Shown piece after piece: positions 19,889-29,702 of a stretch of 64,000 nt of DNA. The stretch comes from Candidatus Omnitrophota bacterium (GTDB taxonomy: Bacteria > Omnitrophota > Gorgyraeia > Gygaellales > Profunditerraquicolaceae): assembly GCA_025453445.1 (NCBI GenBank), contig JALOQJ010000002.1, positions 6,249 to 70,248 on the forward strand, given 5' to 3'. Position numbers and translations under genes: made by a program. A model generated the notes under the pieces. The model was not told where the DNA came from. It saw nothing but the letters and a program-made list of their open reading frames with translations, and ran no database searches. Position 1 is the first letter of the stretch. Each line of letters opens with the position of its first letter.

Positions 19889-20584
19889 ATGTCCCTGATA
19901 AATTTATTGCCTACTATCGTGAAAAAAACCAAACCAACTGCTAAAGAGAGGAAAATTGCTACCCCCTCCTCCCCTGGCGCCTCAATGAAAATTCCCGGCA
20001 TCTGGCCGGTTTTCGTGGCTGGAGCGGCATTTGCGGCAATTTTAGTAATACAGTTAAGCCAGTTAGCAGTAAATGCCAAGTCCTTATCTTCTTTAGAGAA
20101 AAAAATGCTGGCGTTTAAATCCGTCTATAAACAAATCGATGATATGAGTAAGAAAAAAATCAGCTTAGGCGAAACACTCTCATTCCTCCAGAGGGCTTCT
20201 GCTGAGCAGACGTCATGGTCAGAAAAGTTTTATATAATTAATAAATCCCTGCCCCCGCAAATTTGGCTGACGAATATTACTATTGAATCAAAAACCAGTG
20301 CTAGGGCATTACCAGCTGCTGCTCAGGCTAAACAAAAGAATAACGCCCTAGCCACACAGACAGAAATAAGCAAAACTTTAATCTTGTCCATAAGAGGCGC
20401 GGCTACTTCGCTCATTGAAGCAGATATTATCGGTTCGATAACGCAATACGTGGATACGCTGAAAAAGAATTCAACCTTTAACCAGGAATTCAGCGATATC
20501 AAGCTCGGGCCATTACAGTCAGATAAAAAAGGCAACCTTACGGTAATGAAATTTGTTATTTATTGTAAGGCGGTTAAACTATGA
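19889..20584 (+). CDS. PilN-like pilus alignment protein
   Basis: INLLP motif, TM, coiled coil, LPPQIWLTNI. Confidence 0.8.
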   Translation: MSLINLLPTIVKKTKPTAKERKIATPSSPGASMKIPGIWPVFVAGAAFAAILVIQLSQLAVNAKSLSSLEKKMLAFKSVYKQIDDMSKKKISLGETLSFLQRASAEQTSWSEKFYIINKSLPPQIWLTNITIESKTSARALPAAAQAKQKNNALATQTEISKTLILSIRGAATSLIEADIIGSITQYVDTLKKNSTFNQEFSDIKLGPLQSDKKGNLTVMKFVIYCKAVKL

Positions 20585-21162
20585 CAAAAATTAATGAATT
20601 AATTAAAAATCCCCGGGTAAAAATTGCAGGAATCGCGCTTTTGATAATCCTCTTAAGCCTGATTTTCCTGAAATTTTCCGGAGCGCTCTGGGCAAAAAAT
20701 AACAGCCTCAAAGAGCAGATAAAAAAGGCCGGAGAGGAAATTAACCGCGCAGCAAAAATATCCTCCACGCAAGAAACGTTAGATTCAGAGGTGCAAAAAC
20801 TGAACGAACAAATCGCTCTTGCTCAGGATAATTTCTTTCAAAACGTAGAAGATATCTTCAGCAGCCTGAATCACTTTGCGCAGGAAACTAAACTGAGCAT
20901 GCAAAGCATTAATCCCGAGGAAAGAACGCGCACAGAAGTACCTAATCGTAATGATATGTATTTAGAAATATTGCCACTGACATTAAAATTAAACTGTGAT
21001 TTCCGGCAGCTATTGGCATTCCTTGGATTGATTGAAAAATCTAAAAAAAATATCTCAGTAACCAGTATTAACATACAAAATAACCCACAGGATATCTGGA
21101 ACCACAGAATTGATATAGAACTAAAAACGCCATTGTTAATTTATGCCAAAACTAATGAATAA
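20581..21162 (+). CDS. PilO-like pilus alignment protein
   Basis: N-terminal TM, coiled coil, ferredoxin-like C-terminal domain; follows pilN. Confidence 0.78.
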   Translation: MTKINELIKNPRVKIAGIALLIILLSLIFLKFSGALWAKNNSLKEQIKKAGEEINRAAKISSTQETLDSEVQKLNEQIALAQDNFFQNVEDIFSSLNHFAQETKLSMQSINPEERTRTEVPNRNDMYLEILPLTLKLNCDFRQLLAFLGLIEKSKKNISVTSINIQNNPQDIWNHRIDIELKTPLLIYAKTNE

Positions 21163-21520
21163 ATATGGGGTATATATTATTATGATTTTAGCTGTACTCA
21201 ACTTACATGCAAATTCAAAAGTATTCGGGCAAGAGGCAGATATAACACCTGACCGTGACCCCTTCATTCCTCTGCTTGACGACAAAGGAAACTTAAGAAA
21301 ACAATTTACCAAGCCATCACTGCAAACAAGCGCGCCGCAGGTTATTCTTATGGGAATCAGCAAGGTGGGAAATACCTTCTACGCCATGATTGACACAGAA
21401 TTGGTAAAAGAAGGCCAGGTATTTAAAGATATGACGATAGAAAAAATTTACGCTGACCGGGTGATTGTGTTGTATGGGGATAAAACTTTCGAATTAAAAT
21501 GGGAAACAGAGCAAAAATAA
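21155..21520 (+). CDS. PilP/GspC-like protein
   Basis: RDPFIP motif and beta-rich C-terminus; lies between pilO and the secretin. Confidence 0.65.
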   Translation: MNKYGVYIIMILAVLNLHANSKVFGQEADITPDRDPFIPLLDDKGNLRKQFTKPSLQTSAPQVILMGISKVGNTFYAMIDTELVKEGQVFKDMTIEKIYADRVIVLYGDKTFELKWETEQK

Positions 21521-22899
21521 TGAAATTGAATAGATTAACCAGGTTGATTATTATTTTACTGCTGACACTGCATATGCCGTTTTCTTTGTATTCAGAGGAA
21601 AAATACGCCTCTAACTTGATCAGTTTGAACTTAAAAGACGTCAACATTGAAGATGCCTTAAAGATCATTTCCGAAGCAAGCGGCCTGAATGTAATTTTAG
21701 ATAAAGACGTCAAAGCAAAAATCAGTATCAGCCTCAAAGACGTTACCTGGCAGACGGCGTTGAATAATATCCTTAAAACCAATGAACTGACTTATAAAAT
21801 CGACAGCAATATTATCCGCGTAATGAGCCTGACTACTCTGAAAAAAGAAGATGAAACTCTTCCTTTGACTACTAAAATAATTACTTTAAGTTTTGCCAAG
21901 GCAGAAGATATCCAAAAATCATTGACTAAGATAATTTCCGCCCGCGGGAGCATAGAAATTAATATTCCAACCAACTCCCTGATTATTACCGATTCACCCG
22001 AAATACTGACGAAGATCGAAGAAGTAGTGGGAAGGCTGGATACCCGCACACCGCAGGTATTAATTGAAGCATTAATTGTCAGTGTAAAACTCACAGATGC
22101 ATTCCATTCCGGGATGAATTATACTATCACCGACAAGAAAAAAGGCGCCACGCATTTCAACCAGGTTCTCTATGCAACAGATGCAATTTTTGATTTTTAT
22201 TACGGCAAAACTATCCTCCCCGGATGGAATTTCGATGCGCGCATAAACTTCCTTGCTTCAGATGAACGGGTAACTATTTTAGCCAGCCCAAAGGTCCTGA
22301 CTCTGGATAACCTGGCTGCCCAGATAGAAATTACCGAACAAGTCCCCTATACTTATATCTCCACTAGCACACAAAGCAGCACTTCAGTTACCTCTACCCA
22401 GTTTAAAGATGTAGGTATAAAATTATACGTCACCCCGCATATTACCAAAGACAAAATTATTTCACTTAGCGTCAGAGGCGAACAAAGCTTTAAAGCCGGG
22501 CTTGTAGGGACCAGCAACGAACCGTCTATAGACTCGCGTAAAGTAGAAACTAATTTCATGCTTAAAGACGGCGATACTGCGGTAATCGGCGGGTTAAAGA
22601 CAAAGAATGTCACTAACACCATAACTAAAGTTCCGATATTGGGAGATATACCTTATATAGGGAAACTTCTCTTCAGCCAGGTGAAAAAAGATACGGTGGA
22701 AAATGAATTGATTATTTTTATTACCCCGCGCGTGATAGATGACGATTTCCTCCTCACTAAAAAAGAACAACGTAACCTGCAGGATGCTCAGGAAGAATTG
22801 GCAGGGCTTGATAAAAACAAAAAGAAAGTATTAAAAAGCATGCGGGATGCGGCTATTTACCGCGCCCTGAATCAGCCAAAACAACCCCGCTCTAAATAA
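21520..22899 (+). CDS. Secretin (PilQ/GspD family)
   Basis: STN and N domains, PQVLIEALIV, GIKLYVTPHI, KVPILGDIPYIG, ELIIFITPRV. Confidence 0.93.
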   Translation: MKLNRLTRLIIILLLTLHMPFSLYSEEKYASNLISLNLKDVNIEDALKIISEASGLNVILDKDVKAKISISLKDVTWQTALNNILKTNELTYKIDSNIIRVMSLTTLKKEDETLPLTTKIITLSFAKAEDIQKSLTKIISARGSIEINIPTNSLIITDSPEILTKIEEVVGRLDTRTPQVLIEALIVSVKLTDAFHSGMNYTITDKKKGATHFNQVLYATDAIFDFYYGKTILPGWNFDARINFLASDERVTILASPKVLTLDNLAAQIEITEQVPYTYISTSTQSSTSVTSTQFKDVGIKLYVTPHITKDKIISLSVRGEQSFKAGLVGTSNEPSIDSRKVETNFMLKDGDTAVIGGLKTKNVTNTITKVPILGDIPYIGKLLFSQVKKDTVENELIIFITPRVIDDDFLLTKKEQRNLQDAQEELAGLDKNKKKVLKSMRDAAIYRALNQPKQPRSK

Positions 22900-22901
22900 T
22901 T

Positions 22902-23927
22902 ATGAAATTTAATCTGCCTGTTTTCAAAATAAAACCTAAGAAAAAAATAATTGGGCTGGACATCGGCAGCAATAACCTGAGAGTGGTTGAGCTGGAAGCA
23001 AAAAGCGATTGCCTTGAAATTACTAATTTCGGGATCAAGGATATCCGCACTGCCAAGGATATGCCGGAAGCAATCATGCAGCTAATGGCAGAAGCACAGA
23101 TCACCACCAAAGAAATAAACATTGGCCTCTCCGGAGAAAGCGTTGTAGCACGGCATCTATCCATGCCAAAGATGAATGAGGAAGAACTCCGTAAGGCAAT
23201 TGTCTATGAATTAGAAGATCATATTCCATTCAAGCCTGAAGAGGTCTACCTTGATTTCCATATTGTCGGGGATGACCCTAATTCTCCGAATAAGATGCGC
23301 GTATTTTTAGTAGCAACTAAAAAAGACGTTCTGGACAGCCGGGTAGAACTCCTGCAAAAGGCAGGGCTGGAGCCAAAAATCATCACCATGGATGCGCTGG
23401 CTTTAATGAACGCCCTTTATTTTAATTACTCTGCGAAAGAAAAAACCAATATCACCCTGCTTAATGTAGGCGACAAAATAACCAACCTTTTAATCTGCCG
23501 GGAAAAAATCCCTTATTTTGTCCGCGATACGCGTTTCGGCGGCGAAGCAATTACAACACTCCTGGAAACAAAATTAGAGCTGGATAAGAAAGCGGCAGAA
23601 GAATTGAAATATAAACTTAAAGATGCACCGGAAGAAACTTCCAAATTAATTAAAACTACCCTGGCAACCTTATTAAACGAAATTTTTGTTTCGATTGATT
23701 TTTTTGAAAACCTGACTGAGCAAAAAATTGACGAGATTTATATCACCGGGGGCTCATCCCAGCTCTGGGGGTTAAGAGAGTTCCTTGGAGGGTACCTGGG
23801 CCTTGAAATTATCTACCTTGATCCGCTGAAAAACTTTTCTTTCTCCCCAAATATCCCGCGGGAAGAAATCGCAAAATTCTCACCGTATCTGTCCGTAGCT
23901 ATCGGCCTTGCCTTAGAAGAAGTTTAA
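22902..23927 (+). CDS. pilM: Type IV pilus assembly protein PilM
   Basis: IGLDIGS, actin-like fold motifs, ITGGSS, VAIGLAL. Confidence 0.9.
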   Translation: MKFNLPVFKIKPKKKIIGLDIGSNNLRVVELEAKSDCLEITNFGIKDIRTAKDMPEAIMQLMAEAQITTKEINIGLSGESVVARHLSMPKMNEEELRKAIVYELEDHIPFKPEEVYLDFHIVGDDPNSPNKMRVFLVATKKDVLDSRVELLQKAGLEPKIITMDALALMNALYFNYSAKEKTNITLLNVGDKITNLLICREKIPYFVRDTRFGGEAITTLLETKLELDKKAAEELKYKLKDAPEETSKLIKTTLATLLNEIFVSIDFFENLTEQKIDEIYITGGSSQLWGLREFLGGYLGLEIIYLDPLKNFSFSPNIPREEIAKFSPYLSVAIGLALEEV

Positions 23928-23939
23928 ATTCAGTTTTTT

Positions 23940-25154
23940 CTATTTGCTGATTATCTGGCTCAACTTGAATATCGGCAGGAACATTGCCACAACGATAAAG
24001 CCGATAGTAACGCCTAAGAAAGAAATAATAATCGGCTCAATAAGGGAAGTAAGTTCATTCAGGGAATCGTTTACCTGTGCTTCGTAATAATCGGAAATTT
24101 TAGTAAGCATCCTCTCCAGTTCTCCGGTTTGCTCTCCGACAGCAATCATCTTCACGACAAAAGGAGGGAACTTTCCGGTTTCTTCCATCGGCCCGGAAAT
24201 ATTCTCTCCGGCGCGCAGATTGGTCCTGATTTGGTCCGTAGCTATCTCTATTACCTTATTACCGGCAACCTTACCGGCTATTTCAAAGGCATCCAGGATA
24301 CTGACTCCGCTCTTTACCAGTGTTGCCAGAGTCCGGGCAAACCGGCTGATACAAATTTTGTTTATAATCGGGCCAAAAATCGCTAGTTTAAGCTTAAATT
24401 TATCAAAATTTAACTTGCCTTGTTCGGTACTGAGGTACTTTTTAAAAGATACAATTATAATTACCACCGCCAATACCAAGAAAGGGAAAAATTTCACGCT
24501 CATATCGCTGACAAAAATTAATATCTGCGTCGGCGCGGGGAGCTGGCCTCCCAAGCTGGCAAAAATATTCTTAAAAGTAGGGATGACTTTTAAAATTAAA
24601 AAAGCAATTATCAGCGCCGCCATGCCGACGATTAAAATCGGGTAAGTCAGGCTTGATTTTATCTTGCGGCTTAAGTTTTCCGTCTTTTCCAGATAATCGG
24701 CAACCCTGTCCAAGATTTCATTAAGGCTGCCGCTGGATTCGCCGGCCCGGATCATATTGGAAAAAATGGACGGAAATGCCTCAGGATACTTGGCAAAAGA
24801 AGCAGAAAGGCTGTTGCCGGCTTCTATATCATTTTTAATACTTAAAATTATTTTTTTCAGGTATTGATTTTCTACCTGATCATGCAGAATATTCAGCCCG
24901 GTAATCAGGGATACACCGGAATCAATCAGGGTTGCCAGCTGCCGGGAAAAAACCACCAGATCCATCGGTTTGACTTTACCGCGGTTCCTATGCTGGACAA
25001 CCTTTTTTTCCTTAATATCCTCCTGAATAATATCAATGATGGTTAAATTTCTTTTTTTTAGTTCTTTGATAATAAAAGATTTATCCTGCGCCTCCAGCGT
25101 GCCACTGATTAAGCGCGAATCCCTGTCTCTGGCAGTATAATTAAATTTGGCCAT
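23940..25154 (-). CDS. pilC: PilC/GspF inner-membrane platform protein
   Basis: FSRQLATLIDSG, AGESSGSL, GEQTGELERML and AMFLPIF. Confidence 0.92.
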   Translation of the reverse strand: MAKFNYTARDRDSRLISGTLEAQDKSFIIKELKKRNLTIIDIIQEDIKEKKVVQHRNRGKVKPMDLVVFSRQLATLIDSGVSLITGLNILHDQVENQYLKKIILSIKNDIEAGNSLSASFAKYPEAFPSIFSNMIRAGESSGSLNEILDRVADYLEKTENLSRKIKSSLTYPILIVGMAALIIAFLILKVIPTFKNIFASLGGQLPAPTQILIFVSDMSVKFFPFLVLAVVIIIVSFKKYLSTEQGKLNFDKFKLKLAIFGPIINKICISRFARTLATLVKSGVSILDAFEIAGKVAGNKVIEIATDQIRTNLRAGENISGPMEETGKFPPFVVKMIAVGEQTGELERMLTKISDYYEAQVNDSLNELTSLIEPIIISFLGVTIGFIVVAMFLPIFKLSQIISK

Positions 25155-25171
25155 TGTTTCCTCTTTTAAAC

Positions 25172-25627
25172 CTAATAATTTTCCTTAAGTGCGCTTTCTA
25201 TCTGAATCTTTGTGCCGATCATACAAACAAGCTTATGCTGAGTTAATCTCTCTATTTCATCTATCGCATCCTGATCAAGCGGATTAACCATTACCACTGC
25301 CAAAATACCGCCCAATTTTTCTAAAGGCAGGCATTGATATTTAAGAGCCAGCTCTTTAGGGATTGCATTTAACGCATCTTTGGAAACCTTGTATTTTTCT
25401 ATCGGCAGATAAACAGCTTCCATCTGGCTGGCGAGAGTCATGCTTAATGCTTCCTGAGAAATAAAACCCAGCTGGGTAAGCACATCGCCAAGCATGCCGC
25501 CCTTGGTTTTCTGAATATTCAAAGCCTTATCTAATTGTTCCTGATTAATCAGGCCGTTTTTGATTAAAATCTGGCCGAGTAAATTTGCCTTTCCTACCAG
25601 CCTCTGGCTGCTACGATCTTTTTCCAT
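25172..25627 (-). CDS. Stand-alone MshEN (T2SSE_N) domain protein, candidate c-di-GMP receptor
   Basis: Tandem motif LLGQILIKNGLINQEQLDKALNIQ...MLGDVLTQLGFISQEAL; no ATPase domain. Confidence 0.8.
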   Translation of the reverse strand: MEKDRSSQRLVGKANLLGQILIKNGLINQEQLDKALNIQKTKGGMLGDVLTQLGFISQEALSMTLASQMEAVYLPIEKYKVSKDALNAIPKELALKYQCLPLEKLGGILAVVMVNPLDQDAIDEIERLTQHKLVCMIGTKIQIESALKENY

Positions 25628-25669
25628 GCCCTGCCCTCATTCAAACTCCTAAGTTAGCTAATTATAATA

Positions 25670-28600
25670 TCATATTTCTCTGCGGATATCATCAGTTAAA
25701 TTTTTATCTTCTTTAGCAGCTTTAAGCGCATCTGCGGCAAAATGATCCTTCCTTGCTTTTAACGCGGATAGAGACTCTCTGGCAATTTTTGTATCTGTAT
25801 CCTTCAGGGTTTCCGTTAGAAGCAAAGCACTCTCCTGTCCTTTCATTTTACTGAGCGCAAAAACAGCCTTCCTACGGATGATAATATTAGGGCTATGCAG
25901 GGGAATCCTTAAAATCCCCACTATCTCTTCATGCTCCATCGCTCCGACGATTTCAATTAAATTTTTTAGCATATAATCCGGTGAATCAGCGGGTATCTCC
26001 TTTATCATTATACTTAAAATGCTTTCTTTGGAAATATGCGCAAGGATCCTGCCGATAGTCCGCCTTCTTAAATATGCTTCGAAATATTTCCCTTCAGAGA
26101 TGCCTTTTTCAAATAACGCCTTATCAATCAGAAGTTTCACTGCCTGATCCTTAAGCAAAATAAAGCTTTCCGATAATTCAGTCCAATCAAGGTTTAAATC
26201 AATCCTCCTGATTAATTCTTCCACCAGATGCGAAGCAATCGGGTTCAGGGCATCGGAGAGAATCAAGGTATTTTGCGCATCTCCCTCATATGCCCGCATG
26301 ATTCCCTGCATTAGTGAAAATTTTCTGGAATTAATCATGATTTGCGCTATTTTTTCCAGAAAAGGATTGAAGCAGGAAAAAAATATTGGCACAAATCCCT
26401 TATCTTCAGCAAAAAATTTTAATAATTTAATAATAAATTCCGGCAGTAATTTATCCGGGGAAACTTGAATAAAACTACTTAACATCTCCCTCAAATGGAT
26501 ACCTAGATTTTCCCCGGTAATGCTCTTTTCCTGCCAGGCCCTGATAAACTTCTCACCAAGAGCCTCTATCTCTTTCTCTTTGCCTGAAGAAAAAAATTCT
26601 TTTATCAGCGTAGAAACCTTCATCATCGGCAATACTTTCAGGAAACTTTGAGTGTTGGCCTGAGAAATGCTTTTAGCCTTATCTTCTAAAGAAAGCTGTT
26701 CCCAATTTTTCTCCTCAAATATCAAATCGCATTCATCATCACTGGCGCCTAATTGTTTAAATTGTTCCCTTAATATAGGCGTAAGTCTCGCCTTTTTCTC
26801 AGGAGTAGCCAGAAACCGCGCAACCATGGCCTTCATTTTTGCCCAATCCGTATCTTTCTGTGTATATTGTTTGACCAAAACATCGCTAATCACTTCATCA
26901 GGAAGCTCAAGGCCTATCTCTTTTATAATGTCTGTTTTTCCTTTGCCCCCGGGCCCTCCTTTATCTTCTTTATCTCTTGCTTCTCTGGGCAGCTCCTGAG
27001 AAAATACGCTCGCACGCAATTGCGGTTCCATTGATAGAATAGTTTTAGCCAGGCCTTCCCTGTATTTTGACCAATCTTCGCCTTTATCCAAAAACTGCCT
27101 TCCTATTTTCTGGATGCTTTTTGCCATAATTTCCGCCTTGACTGCTTCTTTATCTTTACCGGTCTTCGCGCTTACTTGTTCGCCAAGTTTTTCCAGCTTC
27201 TCGGCAATTTCCTGCGCATGTGTGACAATGTTTCCGGATAAATCTGCCTTATTATCAGCGGATGGCAATTTGCCCAGAAGATAATCCATCAGCATAATCT
27301 CTTCCAGGCTTTCTTTCTCTTTAAATTTTCTTTTGGAAACATCATAGGTTATTTCATTTAGCTGGATATGCACAGAATTTTGTTTCTGCCATAATTCAGC
27401 AATGGCCATGTCTTTTAATTCCGGCATGCTGATTACGCCGATTAATTTATTTAATTCATCTATATCTGTTCCCTTTTGAATGGTGATACTTTCAATGTTT
27501 AAATTTTTTAAAGCAGAAATAAACGACCCGACATAGAAACTCGGGAGTTCTTTGCCGACTTTTTTATTATTTACGATAATGCCTGACTCAATCACCGCGA
27601 TATTCAATATTTCCGCCTCGGTAAGAATATCGGACAATTTTTTATACGCATCTTCCACAGACTGAATCCTCATTTTGTTTTGCGCCGGGTAAAGCGTATA
27701 ATTTACGGCGGCTAATGATATGCTCCTGATTAAAGCGGGAATCGCCGCCCAGTTTTTTTTGCTTAAAGGCAGGAGTATTTTATCCTGCACTACCTCCTCA
27801 AGCAAAGACTGGGCGTATTGTATGGTGCGGTCATAAAGCGCCCCCTTGCCTTCCCTGACAATCTTTGCATATTGCTCGGCGCGAACCTGATCTTCAGCTT
27901 TTTTAAAATTATAATACAGCTCTCCGGCGATACTGTTTAAATTTTCAGGATGCAGCTTCTCTTGGATTTCCCCTACGCGGCCGTAGAGATGCCTGGTGCG
28001 CTCTCCGCCCATTGCCTCAAAAAGAATGTTTCTGATTTCATTAGTGGCAAAACCAAATTCGCCTTTCTCAGCAGACCCCTTTTCATAAATTAAGCCGATT
28101 TTTTTCCCGGCTTCGATCAGATCGAGAACATAGCCCCTGTCCTCGCTGTCAATTTTCTGCAACAGGTCGACCTGAAAATTTTCCCCGATAACCGCGGCCT
28201 TGGCAATCATCTCTTTTGTCTCTTCGTCCAATCCTTCAAGGCGCATCTTTATCGTACCTTCCAGCGAAGAAGGAAGCTTTGTTTCATCGATCTCCTGCTG
28301 CAGCCACCTGCCATTACGAAAAGAGATATAATCCTTTTCAATCATATATTTCAGCAGTTCTTCCACAAAAAGCGGATTGCCCCTGGCTTTGTTATAAACC
28401 GCATCAAAGAAAACAGAAGTGAGGGGAATATTTAAAAGGATGTTTGAAATTAATTCCACCACAGCATCCTTTGGCAAAGGGGATAAAGCTAAAGGCTGTA
28501 TATATTTCGGCGGCTCTTTAAGGAACACTGCCAGAGGAGATTCTTCCATATCAGGCACAACTAGTTCATCCTGCGAAAATGCAGCAGCAACCATGACGCG

Positions 28601-29698
28601 GGCATCGCGGTTTTCCTGAATCAACCGGGTAATTATTTTTAAGCTCTTCTCATCTATATAATGCAGCTCATCGAGGATAAAACAAAGCGGGGAGTGACGG
28701 GAAATATTCAGCAGCAGTTTAATCAGGCCGGGAGTTAAAAAATCATCCGAGATTGCTTCCTCTTGCAGGGTGCCGGATGAAGCGATATCTTTTAACACGG
28801 GCATAAAAGCAGCAAGTGAGCCTATTTCATTTTCAGGAATACCTGCTAAAAAATCAGCAGGGATATTATCCAATCCAATCAAGTGCCTGTTTAACGGCTC
28901 ACCCACAGCATAAAACGGCTGATTAAGAAATTTATCTTCGCATCGTAACGAGAGTATAACCGCGTGTTCTTCTGAAGCCGCGTGTTCGAATTCAATTAAG
29001 AGTCGGCTCTTGCCGATTCCCAATTCTCCGCTTGCCAGTATAAAGGAAGATGCGTTGCCAAACACCTGCTTAAGCGTTTCATTCAACTTACGCAGCTCAT
29101 TATTCCTGCCCACCAGCACCGGGCAGGGAAATCTTTCCAAAAGGCCTTTTTTCCAGAAGAGTTCCGGAGTAATTTCAGAAACAACCGAAAAGCAATTTTT
29201 TCCTTTTTGTTTTGAAATATACAGCGCCTTATCAGCAAGATTGATTAATTCAATAGGATCTGATGTATCCTGAGGATAACCGGCAATGCCTACGCTGACA
29301 GTAACATGCATTTCTTTTCCCGAATGTTTCTCTTTAAAGTGCCGCTCGTTTATTCTTGTGACTAATCTATTGGCTATGCTGATAACGTCTTTACTCTCAA
29401 TACCGGGCAGGATAACAGTAAATTCGTCCCCGGCATACCTGATCCTTTTATCATTGCTCTTGGTATTTTCTTTTATGGCAACCGCCACTTCTTTAATCAG
29501 GTCGTCACCGCTTAAATGGCCAAAGGTATCATTAATCATTTTAAAATTATCAATATCCAGCATGAATAACCAAAGTTTGCTCTTATTGGCCTGCGCCTCT
29601 TCCAGCTCCCTGGGCAGCTGGCTATAAAGATACCGACGGTTATAAAGGCCGGTCAAATCATCGCTAAAAATTAAATTTTCTTGTCCTTCGATGGGCAT
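25670..29698 (-). CDS. GGDEF-domain (AGDEF) + AAA ATPase + helical/HEAT multidomain protein
   Basis: DDLTGLYNRRY, DIDNFKMINDTFGH, RYAGDEF; Walker A GELGIGKS; ARGNPLFVEEL; C-terminal HEAT-like repeats. Likely start is ATG 29698, just after the upstream gene's stop. Confidence 0.85.
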   Translation of the reverse strand: MPIEGQENLIFSDDLTGLYNRRYLYSQLPRELEEAQANKSKLWLFMLDIDNFKMINDTFGHLSGDDLIKEVAVAIKENTKSNDKRIRYAGDEFTVILPGIESKDVISIANRLVTRINERHFKEKHSGKEMHVTVSVGIAGYPQDTSDPIELINLADKALYISKQKGKNCFSVVSEITPELFWKKGLLERFPCPVLVGRNNELRKLNETLKQVFGNASSFILASGELGIGKSRLLIEFEHAASEEHAVILSLRCEDKFLNQPFYAVGEPLNRHLIGLDNIPADFLAGIPENEIGSLAAFMPVLKDIASSGTLQEEAISDDFLTPGLIKLLLNISRHSPLCFILDELHYIDEKSLKIITRLIQENRDARVMVAAAFSQDELVVPDMEESPLAVFLKEPPKYIQPLALSPLPKDAVVELISNILLNIPLTSVFFDAVYNKARGNPLFVEELLKYMIEKDYISFRNGRWLQQEIDETKLPSSLEGTIKMRLEGLDEETKEMIAKAAVIGENFQVDLLQKIDSEDRGYVLDLIEAGKKIGLIYEKGSAEKGEFGFATNEIRNILFEAMGGERTRHLYGRVGEIQEKLHPENLNSIAGELYYNFKKAEDQVRAEQYAKIVREGKGALYDRTIQYAQSLLEEVVQDKILLPLSKKNWAAIPALIRSISLAAVNYTLYPAQNKMRIQSVEDAYKKLSDILTEAEILNIAVIESGIIVNNKKVGKELPSFYVGSFISALKNLNIESITIQKGTDIDELNKLIGVISMPELKDMAIAELWQKQNSVHIQLNEITYDVSKRKFKEKESLEEIMLMDYLLGKLPSADNKADLSGNIVTHAQEIAEKLEKLGEQVSAKTGKDKEAVKAEIMAKSIQKIGRQFLDKGEDWSKYREGLAKTILSMEPQLRASVFSQELPREARDKEDKGGPGGKGKTDIIKEIGLELPDEVISDVLVKQYTQKDTDWAKMKAMVARFLATPEKKARLTPILREQFKQLGASDDECDLIFEEKNWEQLSLEDKAKSISQANTQSFLKVLPMMKVSTLIKEFFSSGKEKEIEALGEKFIRAWQEKSITGENLGIHLREMLSSFIQVSPDKLLPEFIIKLLKFFAEDKGFVPIFFSCFNPFLEKIAQIMINSRKFSLMQGIMRAYEGDAQNTLILSDALNPIASHLVEELIRRIDLNLDWTELSESFILLKDQAVKLLIDKALFEKGISEGKYFEAYLRRRTIGRILAHISKESILSIMIKEIPADSPDYMLKNLIEIVGAMEHEEIVGILRIPLHSPNIIIRRKAVFALSKMKGQESALLLTETLKDTDTKIARESLSALKARKDHFAADALKAAKEDKNLTDDIRREI

Positions 29699-29702
29699 AT
29701 TT